A program made the translations under genes and the position numbers. 64,000 nt of DNA from Psammoneis japonica (Eukaryota), in NCBI GenBank assembly GCA_008632985.1, contig QPGO01000105.1:62001-126000 (forward strand). Direction: 5' to 3'. Positions 50,001 through 61,700 of this stretch are shown here, one piece after another; positions within the stretch are counted from its first letter, which is position 1; each line of letters opens with the position of its first letter. Under the pieces are notes generated by a model. It made no database searches, had not been told where the DNA came from, and was given only the letters and a program-made list of their open reading frames with translations.

Positions 50001-52750
50001 CACTGTGGGATGTTGCAAGTGAACTTCTCACACGTGTGCACAGGGCCCTGCTGCTGCTCCATGCTGCTCTCTGCTGGCAGAGAGCAGGTGGTTTCCCTGG
50101 CCAATGCCACGCTTTGATGTTTGGTGGTGGCACTGCAATGCCATCTGTCTTGAGTGCACACATGCTCCATTCCCCTTTCTAGATCTGCGAGTGTCTTGCA
50201 GGAGCAACAAATCAAAACTTGATTGGACTGCAACACAAAACTGTCACATGCAGTGGGGTCAAAAGATGTGGCAAGCGACACATGATGGGACACTTCTTTT
50301 GGAAGAGAGATTTGCGCCTTGTGCAGGAAATGGCATTGAGACATGACAGCAACACAATGTCACATTGTTGATTTTGATCAGAAAAGCCACTGTGCGTTGT
50401 GCACTGTTGTCAGAGACAAAGGCCAAATGATTGTTTCACACAAACATGGGCTCCCTCTTGTCATTTCATTGGAAAACATTGCGCACTGATCCAGGTCAAC
50501 CCGAATCATCCAACTCTCTTTCTTGCCATTGTTCTGCAAAAGCAAAGGCATCATGGGCTCTGCCCACTGCCAAACGTCTTGTTGGCTCCCACCATCACCA
50601 TTTGTGTGAAATTGTGAATGCGATGGTCTCGTTCAGCTTCTGCGACAACCTCCTGCTTCCAAATTGCATTGGTGATGCAGCAGCGCTCCTTCCTGGACCA
50701 AGGATGCAATTCGTTTGCCACCATGTCACGCAACATCAACACCACCGTGGGTGTCTGCCTTGTTCTTGCAGCCAGGTGCAGGCCAAGTCACAGAACCTGT
50801 CACAGCATTGCAAAACTTCTTGTGGCAGATCTGATCCATTCCAATGTGAAGAACCAACATGACAAATGCAACAACTGATGCTGCAATGAGTGGTGGATCT
50901 TTCACTGCCCAGTCAAAAAAAACTTTTGCCAAATTGCAGATGCCGCTCCAACTGGTCATGCCCAAGTCCTTTGCAAAGTGCAAGATCATGCACAAAAGAG
51001 GACCTTTCAACTCCTTGGCCACAGTTTTGCAAATCAATTGAGTCAGTTGGAGTTTGGTGTCAAGTTGAAACAAAGAGTGGTTTGAAGCCAGAAGAGGCAA
51101 ATCCAAGTCAATGTCAACCCACTTTTGGACATGTTGCATGGCAAACAAGGGAACCTTGTCCTCATCAACTTTGGCTGGCAAAACTGGACACTTCTTCATG
51201 GGGAGCTGGCGCCGCAAGTCACGGGTGCATTGCGTGGTGAGATTCATCAAAGCATCCTTGATGGTGGAGAGTGTGGTGACCACATCGCTGTTCAGGGTGC
51301 ACTTGGCACCCCAGGGGTCAAGCTCCATGAACAGAAAAATTCCACCCTCTGGACCTGGGGCTTGTGACCAGGAGCACAAGCGTCAACTCCTTTGTCCAAA
51401 AACAATTGCGGTGCTCCAACATTTGGGTCCTCATGTCCGGGCACAGGTTCAAAGCATGGAGGTGCACCCACACTTCATCTTTTGCTTGAGCAGCACCACT
51501 TTGCCTTCTTCATGTTCTTCCTTGTCTTTGCTCACAATGGAGTGCTGGCAACCAGTCACTTCCTCAATGATGATGTCAGCCACTTGCAGGGCTGGGTTCT
51601 GGGGACGGGCTTGCTGAGTGAGGTTCTCAAAAAATGCATCTGAGCCTTGCGGTCTTCACGCTCCTGCTGCTTGATGCACTCTGCAATGGCTGCTGGGGAA
51701 GTGGCTGCCAGNCCAATGAGAGTTGATGCATCACGGCGACGTGTCACAGCCTTTGAATGTCACAAAGGGCGTGACAAAAACAACCTTTTGTCTGCATGCA
51801 CGCTGCACAGGTTCAAAGCATGGAGGTGCATTTACACTTCATCTTTTGCTTGAGCGGCACCACTTTGCCTTCTTCATGTTCTTCCTTGTCTTTGCTCACA
51901 ATGGAGTGCTGGCAACCAGTCACTTCCTCAATGATGATGTCAGCCACTTGCAGGGCTGGGTTCTGGGGACGGGCTTGCTGAGTGAGGTCATCAAAAAATG
52001 CATCTGAGCCTTGCGGTCTTCACGCTCCTGCTGCTTGATGCACTCTGCAATGGCTGCTGGGGAAGTGGCTGCCAGCGCCTGCTGACATCTGTGTGTGTGA
52101 TTGCCAAGCATCATGGCATGAGGAGGTGAGTGTGGCATGCCTCCACAACTGGGCTCTGGATTGTGCAAAAGAGCAGGAGAATTCACAGGGGCCTGGCAAT
52201 GCACATGAGCTGGATGCTGTGCAGGTGGCTGCCAAGCAGCAGGGTGGACAGCCTCTCCAGTGGCGGCAGCTGGAGGATGGAAAAGGGGCTGCCTTGTTGT
52301 GGCGGCTGCAGGAGACACAAGAGAGACAGCCCGGCGGTGGAGTTGAAATCCGCAGTTGGCACTTTAAGCCCAGCAGCCCTTGCCTCTGGGTTGAAACTGG
52401 CAACATCATCGCATCTCTTCCGCGGTCTCTTCCTCCTCATGGCAGAAGAAGACTTGGCCTTTTTTGCCAGAGGTTGAACCGTGTTCTCAAAGACACTCTG
52501 TCCCTTGGCAAGCTCTTGTTGAAAGATGCCATCGAGCAGCTGGGACGAGCAGTGTGACACAACAATGGGCCGACTGAGTTGGGTTCTGTGCCGGCAGCTT
52601 TGCGCTCATTGTGAGATGATGATGTGGTTCAAGTTCTCAAGAGACTCACAAAAATGATCAGTCATGTAGAGGCTGCATCTTTTTCTTTTTTCTACGTGGA
52701 TCACGCCAGCCTGTCGAAAATTCCAAATCTTTTTAGTTTCAGCGCGCCGC
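48890..52750. other. TpA-depleted (hypermutated) repeat domain 3
   Basis: Only about five TA dinucleotides by eye in 48901-52620; normal TA content resumes on both sides. Confidence 0.9.
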
Positions 52751-52978
52751 CCAAATTACAACTCTCAGATTTTCTTATGACGTCAGCATTACATCAGCAT
52801 GGCATCAGCACAGCGCGCGCGACGCGAGCGCAACGACAGAAAAACGAAGAACGACGATGAACCGCCGCACCAAGCACCAACGAACCAACGACCATGAAGT
52901 GAAGAACGACATCAAACAACAACGACGTCCGGAATACTGTACCACTCACTCTTGCATATCAATCGATAAGGAGACACC

Positions 52979-54181
52979 ATGACTGAAGTCTTTGAAGGCA
53001 CTGCACTCGTTGGGGCTCAGGTTCCCCAGCGACGATTCATGAGATTCACTTTTGCAAACTTTGAAAATCTTCCGCAGAAACGCGGAGAGTTTGTCAGCTG
53101 CCCATCGCTTCCTTGCCACGGTTACATATGGAACCTTAAGCTATACCCACGTGGATGCTGCTCATCAAACAAGAATGTGACACACTTGTCTCTCTTTTTG
53201 AGCCGTAAAGACAAGCAGGCCGAAATAATTCAGACAAACGTGTTGTTTCGCACGGGAGGAAAAACCTTTACTTTCAGACCATATACATGGCGCGTAAATG
53301 GAGACACGGCGGGTATATGCGATTTTGAAGCCCGAGAAAATGTCTTGAATCCAGCCAATCGACACCTCGAGAATGGGGCTCTCTCGGTCGTGGTTGGTTT
53401 GGAGATTATTCCGGGATCACGCAAAGTTTATTGGGAACCCCCAAACACCGTTACGTGTGACATTCTACAGATTCACGAATCACATGATTATTCCGATATC
53501 ACCTTTGCTGTCGGAGGCGAGACGTTTCGTGCTCATAAAACCATTCTAGCAGCACGCGTTCCCGGGTTTGCAAAAACATTCGAGTGTGAATCCAACGAAG
53601 ACGATGAGAAGGATGAAACGATTGTGATAGATGATGTCGAGCCTTCTTTCTTTTCGTGTTTTCTCCATTACGTATACACAGGCGAGCTTTCCCATGAAAT
53701 CTACTCAGTCGACGATGCCACGGAACTGCTGGATCTTCTGGACCTTGCGGACAAGTTTGACTGCAATCGTCTCAAACTCAAGGTTGAATCCGAAATGGTT
53801 TTTGCATCCCACACGAAAGAATCATACTTTACAGAAGGCAACGTGTTGGACTTGATCGTCTACGCGGACCGTAAGAATTGCGCCCTCCTCAAGGAAGCTG
53901 CCATTGGCTTTTTCATGGCACACAGTGAAAACTTGATGCAATCCAACGCATTCAAGTCTCTTGATTCGCCCGATTTGCTCCGCGAGATCATGACGACCGG
54001 GTTGCGCCTCCGGGACCAACAAGACAGGGACAAGAATGATGTGGACAACATGAGCGTTGCTGCAATGCTTGCCAGGCTTAAGGACATGGGACTTGACGTG
54101 GATGGTTCTCGCGAAACTCTTGCGAAGCGTCTCAAAGCGAGAATCTTGGATCGGACGAACAATCCAACAATGGCGGGGTAG
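52979..54181 (+). CDS. MATH plus BTB/POZ domain protein (SPOP-like)
   Basis: Intact 400-aa ORF with MATH (CHGYIWNLKLYPRG..LSLFL), BTB (SDITFAVGGETFRAHKTILAAR, FLHYVYTG, ADKFDCNRLKLKVE), ADRKNCALLKEAA and C-terminal LDVDGSRETL. Confidence 0.92.
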   Translation: MTEVFEGTALVGAQVPQRRFMRFTFANFENLPQKRGEFVSCPSLPCHGYIWNLKLYPRGCCSSNKNVTHLSLFLSRKDKQAEIIQTNVLFRTGGKTFTFRPYTWRVNGDTAGICDFEARENVLNPANRHLENGALSVVVGLEIIPGSRKVYWEPPNTVTCDILQIHESHDYSDITFAVGGETFRAHKTILAARVPGFAKTFECESNEDDEKDETIVIDDVEPSFFSCFLHYVYTGELSHEIYSVDDATELLDLLDLADKFDCNRLKLKVESEMVFASHTKESYFTEGNVLDLIVYADRKNCALLKEAAIGFFMAHSENLMQSNAFKSLDSPDLLREIMTTGLRLRDQQDRDKNDVDNMSVAAMLARLKDMGLDVDGSRETLAKRLKARILDRTNNPTMAG

Positions 54182-55081
54182 AACAGGAACATGTTCCAAC
54201 AGGGGAAGATTTCACATGCATTGAAAGGATGGAGTTTGCTTGCTTCTTTCATCTGCACCGAGTTGGACTCGGGAGCATCTTGATGTTTTTTGTACACCGT
54301 AGCTTCTTTGAACGCGGCTGCTTTGTATAATAGAGTAGGGTACTCTAGAATACCACGTATAAGTAAAATGCTCGTAGACAATCACCCTATTGTACTTGCG
54401 TGCAAACAAAGAGTTGCTGATTTTGCGAACCTCAACGTGAAACAGCCCAAGGAATACATACCCTCCTTCTCTAACGAAAGACTAGATTACAACTTTAGAC
54501 AGACGTGAGACTACTATATCTCTAACCAATGGGCGACGACCGGTTCACCTAAAGAGTGGTAAAGGCTGTTCAAATACCTAAACGTCTATGGTAGTCTGAT
54601 CTGGGTCGACGAAAAGGTCCATTTCACTCTCCATGGAGTTGTACCGGTAGTCGTGTTATTCTCGTGTAGTATATCCGCCTCGTTGGATGGAACACAATCA
54701 TCGCCTTGACCTTGTGACAAGTCTATAGCAGATCTTGTTCCTTTGCTCTATCAGTAGATCCTCTTTGCTCAGGTGATGAAGTCAAGACAATATCCCAGTC
54801 TATCAACGTGGTGGTTATATAAACCATGTCTTCGCCGCAGCTCGAGTCTCATTAAGAAAGATCCGTACACTTTGTTTGTGGCGCTCGACAAGATCAAGCG
54901 TCTTCGAGAATGTTGTACTTGGACGATGAAGAGACCTTTGATCATGTCAAGAAGGAAATATACGGTGAAGCGCACTTTCCGGCTACTGCCAACAAGCTGA
55001 GCAATGCTATTATGATTGGTTCCGGCTGGAACAGTCTTGTGGATGCGCTCAAGGAGCAGCGCATGATTGAACGCATTGTTG

Positions 55082-55763
55082 TCATGGGAGTGGACTCGGC
55101 TTCCAAGATAAGTCGTTTTCCTCCTCTTCTTCGCTCATGATAACATCCTCATCATTGACTCGTGCGGTACTCTTTCTCTTCTTGGCCCACTCCTTAGCAA
55201 ACGCCTGTGCCTCGGCACGCGCGGCACTCTTGCTCTTCTTGACCCACTCCTTAGCAAGAGACTGTGCCTCGGCACGCCATTCCTTTTCAGACTTCTTCGC
55301 CTTGATGGACTCCTCCTCGACTTGCTCTTCTTCAGAGACGTCGCTGTTCTGCTCAGTCATATCCTCGTCGTCACCTTCCTCCTCCGCTTCGCTCATGATA
55401 ATATCCTCGTCCTTTTCTTGTGTAGTACCCTGCCCGCTCTTTAGCACGAGCCTGTGCCTCGGCAAGCTGTTTCTTCTTCGATTTCTTCGCCTTGGTGGAC
55501 GATGTGGAGGGCCTGTTCTTTGCGGTACTACTAGCCGGGAGAGCTTTTGGGTAGAACGTGAAGGGGAGTCGCACTCTTTCGAGTGGGCGTGGTGCGGCGA
55601 CGCTTTGTTGGACAACTCGCTTCAGGCGGCGACTTTCCTTTCCAAACTCGGCAGCGACCCTGTCCTGTATCGCTTTCTTCTGTGCCGCTGTCATTTTCTT
55701 TTTCGTCTTCTCAGCGGCGGTAGACGACTCCGTGATAGAGTCACTCTTGTGTTTGGGTGGCAT
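55082..55763 (-). CDS. Hypothetical low-complexity charged protein (frameshift near 55430; internal 60-bp duplication)
   Basis: Overlapping ORFs 55371-55784 and 55082-55615; RAEAQ..AKEW repeated twice. Confidence 0.45.
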
Positions 55764-55997
55764 GGTGGTGACCTTGAATAGCAATACTGTAATAGCAATA
55801 ACAACAAACTCGAGCGGTTGTCAACAACAGACAACAACAAAAGTCGATGTGATGCGGGTCAGTCAGATTTCTGCGAAATCCAACAATCACTCGCTTTCAT
55901 TGTGTGTAGGGCCCTATGTCGGAGGGAAGTTTCGCCAAATCAAATCTCTGTAGAATTCTACGTCCATCGCGCGTACGTCACAGCATTCAGAATCTAT

Positions 55998-57150
55998 GGG
56001 CACAACATCGTACGAGCGATGGTGGTGTTCGCATAACATAAATTTATATTAATCCCGAATATAGAAGATAAATCATAAATTTCAGAAAAATTCAGAAAGA
56101 ACCAACACCACACAACAACGCCGCTCGCCAATGGCAGCATGTCGACGACGTCGTCCGGAACTGCCGACGACTGTTTCAGGAGAGCCACTTATCGATGTCC
56201 ATATTAATAGACTTGGGAATTCTCTCACCCTTTTCGTTGGCATTTGGATCGGGCGTTTCACCACAGACATGGACAGGTTCTGATCCATGTGCTCCGGCAC
56301 CGAGATACCAAGCTACCGTAGAGCCGACCGGCCCATTCGATCCAGTATCACCTTTGACTTCGGGTACAGTTGCAAAAGTGACTTGACCACTTTGTTGGAT
56401 GCTCCACAAGTGGCTGTGTAGTGCAGTGGGAGTGCTCCATGCTTCGCGTCGTGCACAATCACGGCACGGGGTGGAACTTGTTGAGGAATGTCTGGAGAAG
56501 GCATTTCAGGAAGTAAGAATTCAGATGCAATAAACCCTGGGGATAGGTGGATACCAGAATATCAAAAATCCGATCAACTTTCTTGCCGGGTGGCCTCTGA
56601 CACGCCCAGTGAAGAGGCAGACGTCCTTTGGAATCCGCAACACGAGCAGCCTGCAGCCTCTGGACCCAAATGACAAAGAGCCGCAATGACTAAATATGGT
56701 GCAGAGAGGATAGCAATTCGATACAGCAAGTGGGTTCAACAATATGCTCAAGGAATCCACCCAGTACTTCCTTTTGAAGAAGCGAGTAGAACTTAGAAAT
56801 GTCGATTTGCCTCTGATGAGTTTTTGAGAAACATGAGCCTGCAGTTGTCCAGGACAATATCTTCTTCAATTTGCTCCTGTAGCTAAATTATTTTTGACAT
56901 GTGCTCAATGATAGTGTTATCAACTAGTACGCAAAATTAATTTAGCTACTGACTTGCAGTTTTCAAGAACGGGGCCGCATCGGCTCTTTGCCATCGTCGT
57001 TTGTCGTCTTGTCTCGTGTTTCAGTGCGTGGGCGAGCGGGCAAAAACGATCAGTCGAACTAGTCAAGTTTCTGCGAACACCAAATTTATTAATTTTTTCA
57101 ATTCTATATAAAGTTGATTATGGAACGGTTTTCTACGGGATGTTGTGCCC
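55998..57150. mobile_element. Candidate non-autonomous TIR element (PHIS/ISL2EU-like termini) carrying an ankyrin-like gene fragment
   Basis: GGGCACAACATC at 55998 and GATGTTGTGCCC ending at 57150. Flanks CTAT and ATAG fit an AT duplication within a CTATAG site. AT-rich subterminal regions. Confidence 0.55.
56180..56880 (-). pseudogene. Ankyrin-like repeat gene fragment
   Basis: DSKGRLPLHWACQR and DAKHGALPLHYTATCGASNKVVKSLLQLYP lie in different frames. Confidence 0.6.
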
Positions 57151-60079
57151 ATAGAATCGTCGGAATTTGTGCACCACACACACCATCACTGAGAATCATC
57201 TTTCATTTGAAGACGTAGCTAGCAGCTATAGTTTTGACTTCAAATTAAGTGACACGCCAAACAAAGAACTACAGTCCATCATTGTCGTTTCAGCCAAGAA
57301 CAATGACTGGTGCTTTGGAAACCCTCATTCGGAGAGCATCGTTTGTCCTTTTGCTTCCAAAAAGAAGAAAGTCTTGACGGACAGCTCCCCCCATGCTCAC
57401 CAAGTTCTGGCGACTCGGACCGTGACTGTAACGGGAGCCATGTTTACCGTCTTTCCGTGCCTTTCGAAACATTAAAGGAGACATCAATTTGGTGGCCTCC
57501 AGGATTGAACGAATCTTGACAATGACATTTTCCATGGACATTGGTGTGGTCAGCTTCAATCTCGCCTTGGGTCGATTTGACTGGAGTCTTTTCCTTTTGA
57601 GTCCCATACACTGCTCTGATTGGGATTGGAAGAGCAGCGTGTTCTCTGCACTTTGTTGCTCTGTCAAATGATTTTGATGACAAGAAAACGTGGCTTGGGC
57701 TTCTGGTCAAAGATGTGAGTGCTTTGGTTGGTGACATGCTGCGTGACGGCTCGATTGTGACCTTTTGTGCGGGGGGCTGATGCGCAGAGGGTGACATTGG
57801 GGACTTGTTCTGTTGCTGACGCTTGCCACTGTTGCGCTCATGTTGTTGGTCTAAATTGAAATCCATGAATGGTTCTCTGCAGGTGACTTTTCGCCCGACA
57901 GCTCCGCCGAGCAGATTTGTGGCTCGTTTTTCATGTTGCTCAACATTGTGGTGGCAGTGTGAATCATTGGTTCCATTGCCTTGCTCATTTTCAAGAGCAA
58001 CAAAAAGATGGGAGAATGCAGGGACAGTTTGGAGACACTTCACGATTGCAGTGAAATGTGCCATTTTGATGACTCGTTTGAAAAAAATGCTGGGATCGCA
58101 ACTGCGACTTGAGTTCAACAATCGAGAGATTCATTTCTGACTTGTTTCTCTTGGTTGGCAGCTTTGCTTCCTCAGATGCTTCCATCCAAACCAATGCTTC
58201 TCTGACTGAACAGGAATTTGACCAGAACGAACATTTGCATCATCGAAAACTGCAAGCTGGAGACTTGCAGTTGATGAGATTGGCTTTTTTACAGAGTCGT
58301 CCCAGGTTGATTCAATCATCATCACCAGGCCCTGCCATGTCTTGAGATGCAGAGGAACCTGCAATTGATTGAATGCGTTGAGTGCCAGTTGTGTGACACC
58401 CATTGTTTCATGTGATTGATGCTGTGGAGGTTGATTTTGATGGCACAAGCAATTGGAGGTTGCAACGTGGACGTTGCTTCACCTGCACAACAGCCACACT
58501 GAACCACAGGGCAATGTCGTGGTTGTGTCAGACGATTCTCGAGATCCTTTAATGATCTGAGGTGAAAAACCATTTTGTTGTTTCCATTTGAAGAGCAGCT
58601 CATTGAAGAGTGCAGTGGAGACTCCAAGTCTTGTAAAATGAGCAAAAACGACCAAGTTGTCGGTGGCGCATTGTCTCAAATGCTTGGCATTTTACTCGTC
58701 CTCCTTCCAGAAAGTGCAAAAGGTGAATCCATCCTTAAAGAAGAACTGTCTTGATGGGGCAAGTCCTCTGAGGTGCCCAATGTTGCTTTTGGGTGAGGAA
58801 ATTGACGACAACATTAAAACATTGACCTCATGGCACCAGTCCAAAAAGCATCCATTGACAAAAATGATCAAGCAGTTTTGACGTTCTTTTTGACACAACC
58901 CCAATTCAATTGTCCTGGATTGTCATCAGGAAATGTTTGGAAAGAATTGGTTCATTTGAGGCATGTCAGATGGTGTTTGCATGTTCATTTCGTGTGCTGT
59001 GAATGGATCTGGTGAGCATCTGGTGCACCCCGAGACAAAGACAAGCCCTCTTTTTCTCCACAACCATGGTGACTTTTTGAGTGCCATGATGCCATTGCTG
59101 AGAAACTCGGACTCAAAACAAGGGATTGTTTGGGGTTGGAACGAAGGTTCCCAACACAACACAGTCAAGCTGAACCTCAAAATTCAGACTTTGTTGGCAT
59201 CAATTTTAAAATCAAGCACGTCAATCTGCACCAAAGGGGCTCGCTGGTGTTCCTGGAGGCGGGCTGGACAACATGCACACATTCAGTCAAAAGCTCCAGC
59301 ATGCTGGACATTCAAGAGCAGGATCAGACCGGGCCCTTGCAGGGAAAGAGAGCTCCCTGGGGTTGAAATGGACAAGATGCATGCATTCAGTTGCAAGCTC
59401 CAGCACACTGGGGAAGAGCGGGATCAGACCGGACCCTTGGAGGGCAAGAGCTCCACCACCCTGGGCATTTGGAAGCAGAGTCACCAATTGCAGACATTGG
59501 CAACCGCAAACTCAACCCTGTCTTTGATGTCACCCAGCCCAAGGCAGGCATTTGAGAGCACAGCAACCACTGTCTCGACACAGGACAGTGGGAATGGCAC
59601 GGTCTTGGCCAAATCTTGGCATGCAATGGCATTTGCGCGCAAATGTTCCAAAGCTTCTGCCTCTGCTTTGTGACAATGGTCAATGGTCTGTCACACCTCT
59701 TTGTTGAACCCTTGACAGTGCAATTTCATTGACGCCCAATTGCTCTGGTGAGAAGTTTTAGTGTGGGTGAATGCTTTCTGTGATTGGCATTGTCTCCCAG
59801 GGTTGTTCCACCTTTTTTTGCCATTGCAGCTTGCATCATGGTGGTCGATTGGGATGTTGTTCCAACCGGTGCAAACATTGCATGATTTTTTTTGTGTTCG
59901 GCCTTTGCTTGATGCTGTTTTCTGCCCCAATGCTGGCGCGAATGTCCATGGCATCCTTGGTGGCATGCTGTGCAATTTCTGTTTTCACTGCATTCTGCAT
60001 GTTGGATCACTCTGGTTGTGGCCTGGAGACTGTCTCAGGCAACGCAAACCACCTCCACTTCCAATTCCTTGCACGCAAC

Positions 60080-60560
60080 AACTTTGTGGGGATTCTGTTC
60101 TTAGACTTTTGCTCTTTGACCATGAAGAGAGACAAGGCTCTCCGACTTGCGGAGAAACCTGTGACAGCAGCAGTGACCCAACAGCCAGAAAGCAGGTGGG
60201 GCAAGAGCAGACTCGAGAGGGGATTTTCTCATGGCCAGAGACTGCCTCAGGCAACATGCATGCAGTGTCTTTGTGGGGATTCTGTTCTTGGACTTTTGCT
60301 CTTTGACAATGAAGAGAGACAAGTGACAAGGCTCTCCGATGACTCATGGAGAAACCTGTGACAGCAGCACCAACCCAACGGCCGCAAAGCAGCTGAGGCA
60401 ACACACTGCTTGTACAATGCTCTCTAGAGAGCAGACTAGAGGGGAATTTCTCGTGGCTGGAGAGACTGCCACAGGTGACGGAAACTGCCTCTGCTTCCAC
60501 TGCCTTGCACACAACATCTTTGTGTGGAGTCTACAATGTTCTTAGACCATTTTGCTTTGA
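60080..60560. repeat. Tandem repeat, ~187-bp unit, two copies plus a partial third
   Basis: CTTTGTGGGGATTCTGTTCTT(A/G)GACTTTTGCTCTTTGAC at about 60082 and 60269; a degenerate third copy near 60518. Confidence 0.8.
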
Positions 60561-60899
60561 CTGGCAGCAAAACTGCCACAATGCTCTGAGAGCACACTCT
60601 GTCACAGAGCGGGGAATTTCTTTGTCCTTGTCCAATGGCATCTGCCCATTCTCTCCAGCAGTGGGCGGTGGCATTGTTCACACACATGTGATGTGTGAGA
60701 TCACTCATCTCTGTTCTTGTGCATTTCCTTGGCAGTGCCAAACTTGCACATGTCTGGTTTGTTTGTCAAGAACAAGAATGACACATCTGGATTGTTGCTT
60801 GAGTTTGCCAAAACATTGGGCTACAATGCCAATGGCATGTCGTCCTGGTGGAGCAGACAGCGTCCGGCCCCATTCCAAGCTGTGCAGCAATGTTCATTT

Positions 60900-61700
60900 C
60901 AGGTTGCATGGCATTGAATGAAGCAGTGACATCCGTTGGTGAATGCAAAGCCTCTCCAATTTCCTGCAATGTTGTTGTCGGGCTCCTGCAACCTCACAAA
61001 GAGAGCCTTCTCAAGTTTGTCAGTGCCTGCAGCACGATTGTTGGGATCTCCGTCAGTTGGGTGCATTCATCAAGACACAGCCACTCCAATCTCGCAAGTG
61101 ACTCAAGCTCCCTTGGCAGCTCTGTGATGCCAGAGCAGCATCTTAGATCCAACATTTCAAGATTCACCAGATTCCCAACAGCTCCTGGCAACACTTCAAG
61201 ATGCGCACACAACTGTGTCAAATTGGTCAACTGAAACATTTCATTCGGAAGAAACATCAATCCATGACAACCATGCAAATCAAGGGAAAGCAGCCCACAG
61301 AGATTTTCAATTTCTCTTGGCAGCTGTGCAAGGGACTTGCAATGACATGATTCCAAGCGTTCCAGTTCTTGCAATTGTCCGATCTCCACAGGCAGTTGCT
61401 CAAGACTCGTGCAAAAACCAAGACACAGCTCACAAAGTTGCTGCAATTGACCAATTTCTGGAGGCAAACGAGCAAGATTCTTGCAGCGCAATGCTGACAA
61501 ACAAGTGAGCCGAGTCAACATGCCAATTTCATGCAGCAATTCAATCAAACTGCTGCACAGGGCCAGCCCAAATTCTCCTGCCATGACAAACTTTCATGAC
61601 CACTTTCGATTGCAGTGACACGCCTCATGTCCTCTTGCGTTCACCCAGTTGCCTGAGAAAGAGCTTGGAGAACTTGATCAGAAGGATCCACCTCATTGCC
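60900..61700 (-). pseudogene. Leucine-rich-repeat protein pseudogene (LxxLxLxxCxxLxxLPxEIG repeats), hypermutated
   Basis: ORF 60994-61584 has about seven 24-aa LRRs and no Tyr; LCELCL and LEWLCL occur where LYL is plausible. Confidence 0.8.

Noticed and set aside
51440..52075. ~270-bp direct repeat as an LTR or split direct repeat
   Set aside because: The first copy ends exactly at a single N (51712), which suggests a contig or haplotype join artefact.
57170..60000. Transposase or other named gene in the decayed stretch
   Set aside because: Coding-like fragments are present, but there is no motif I can recognise with confidence.
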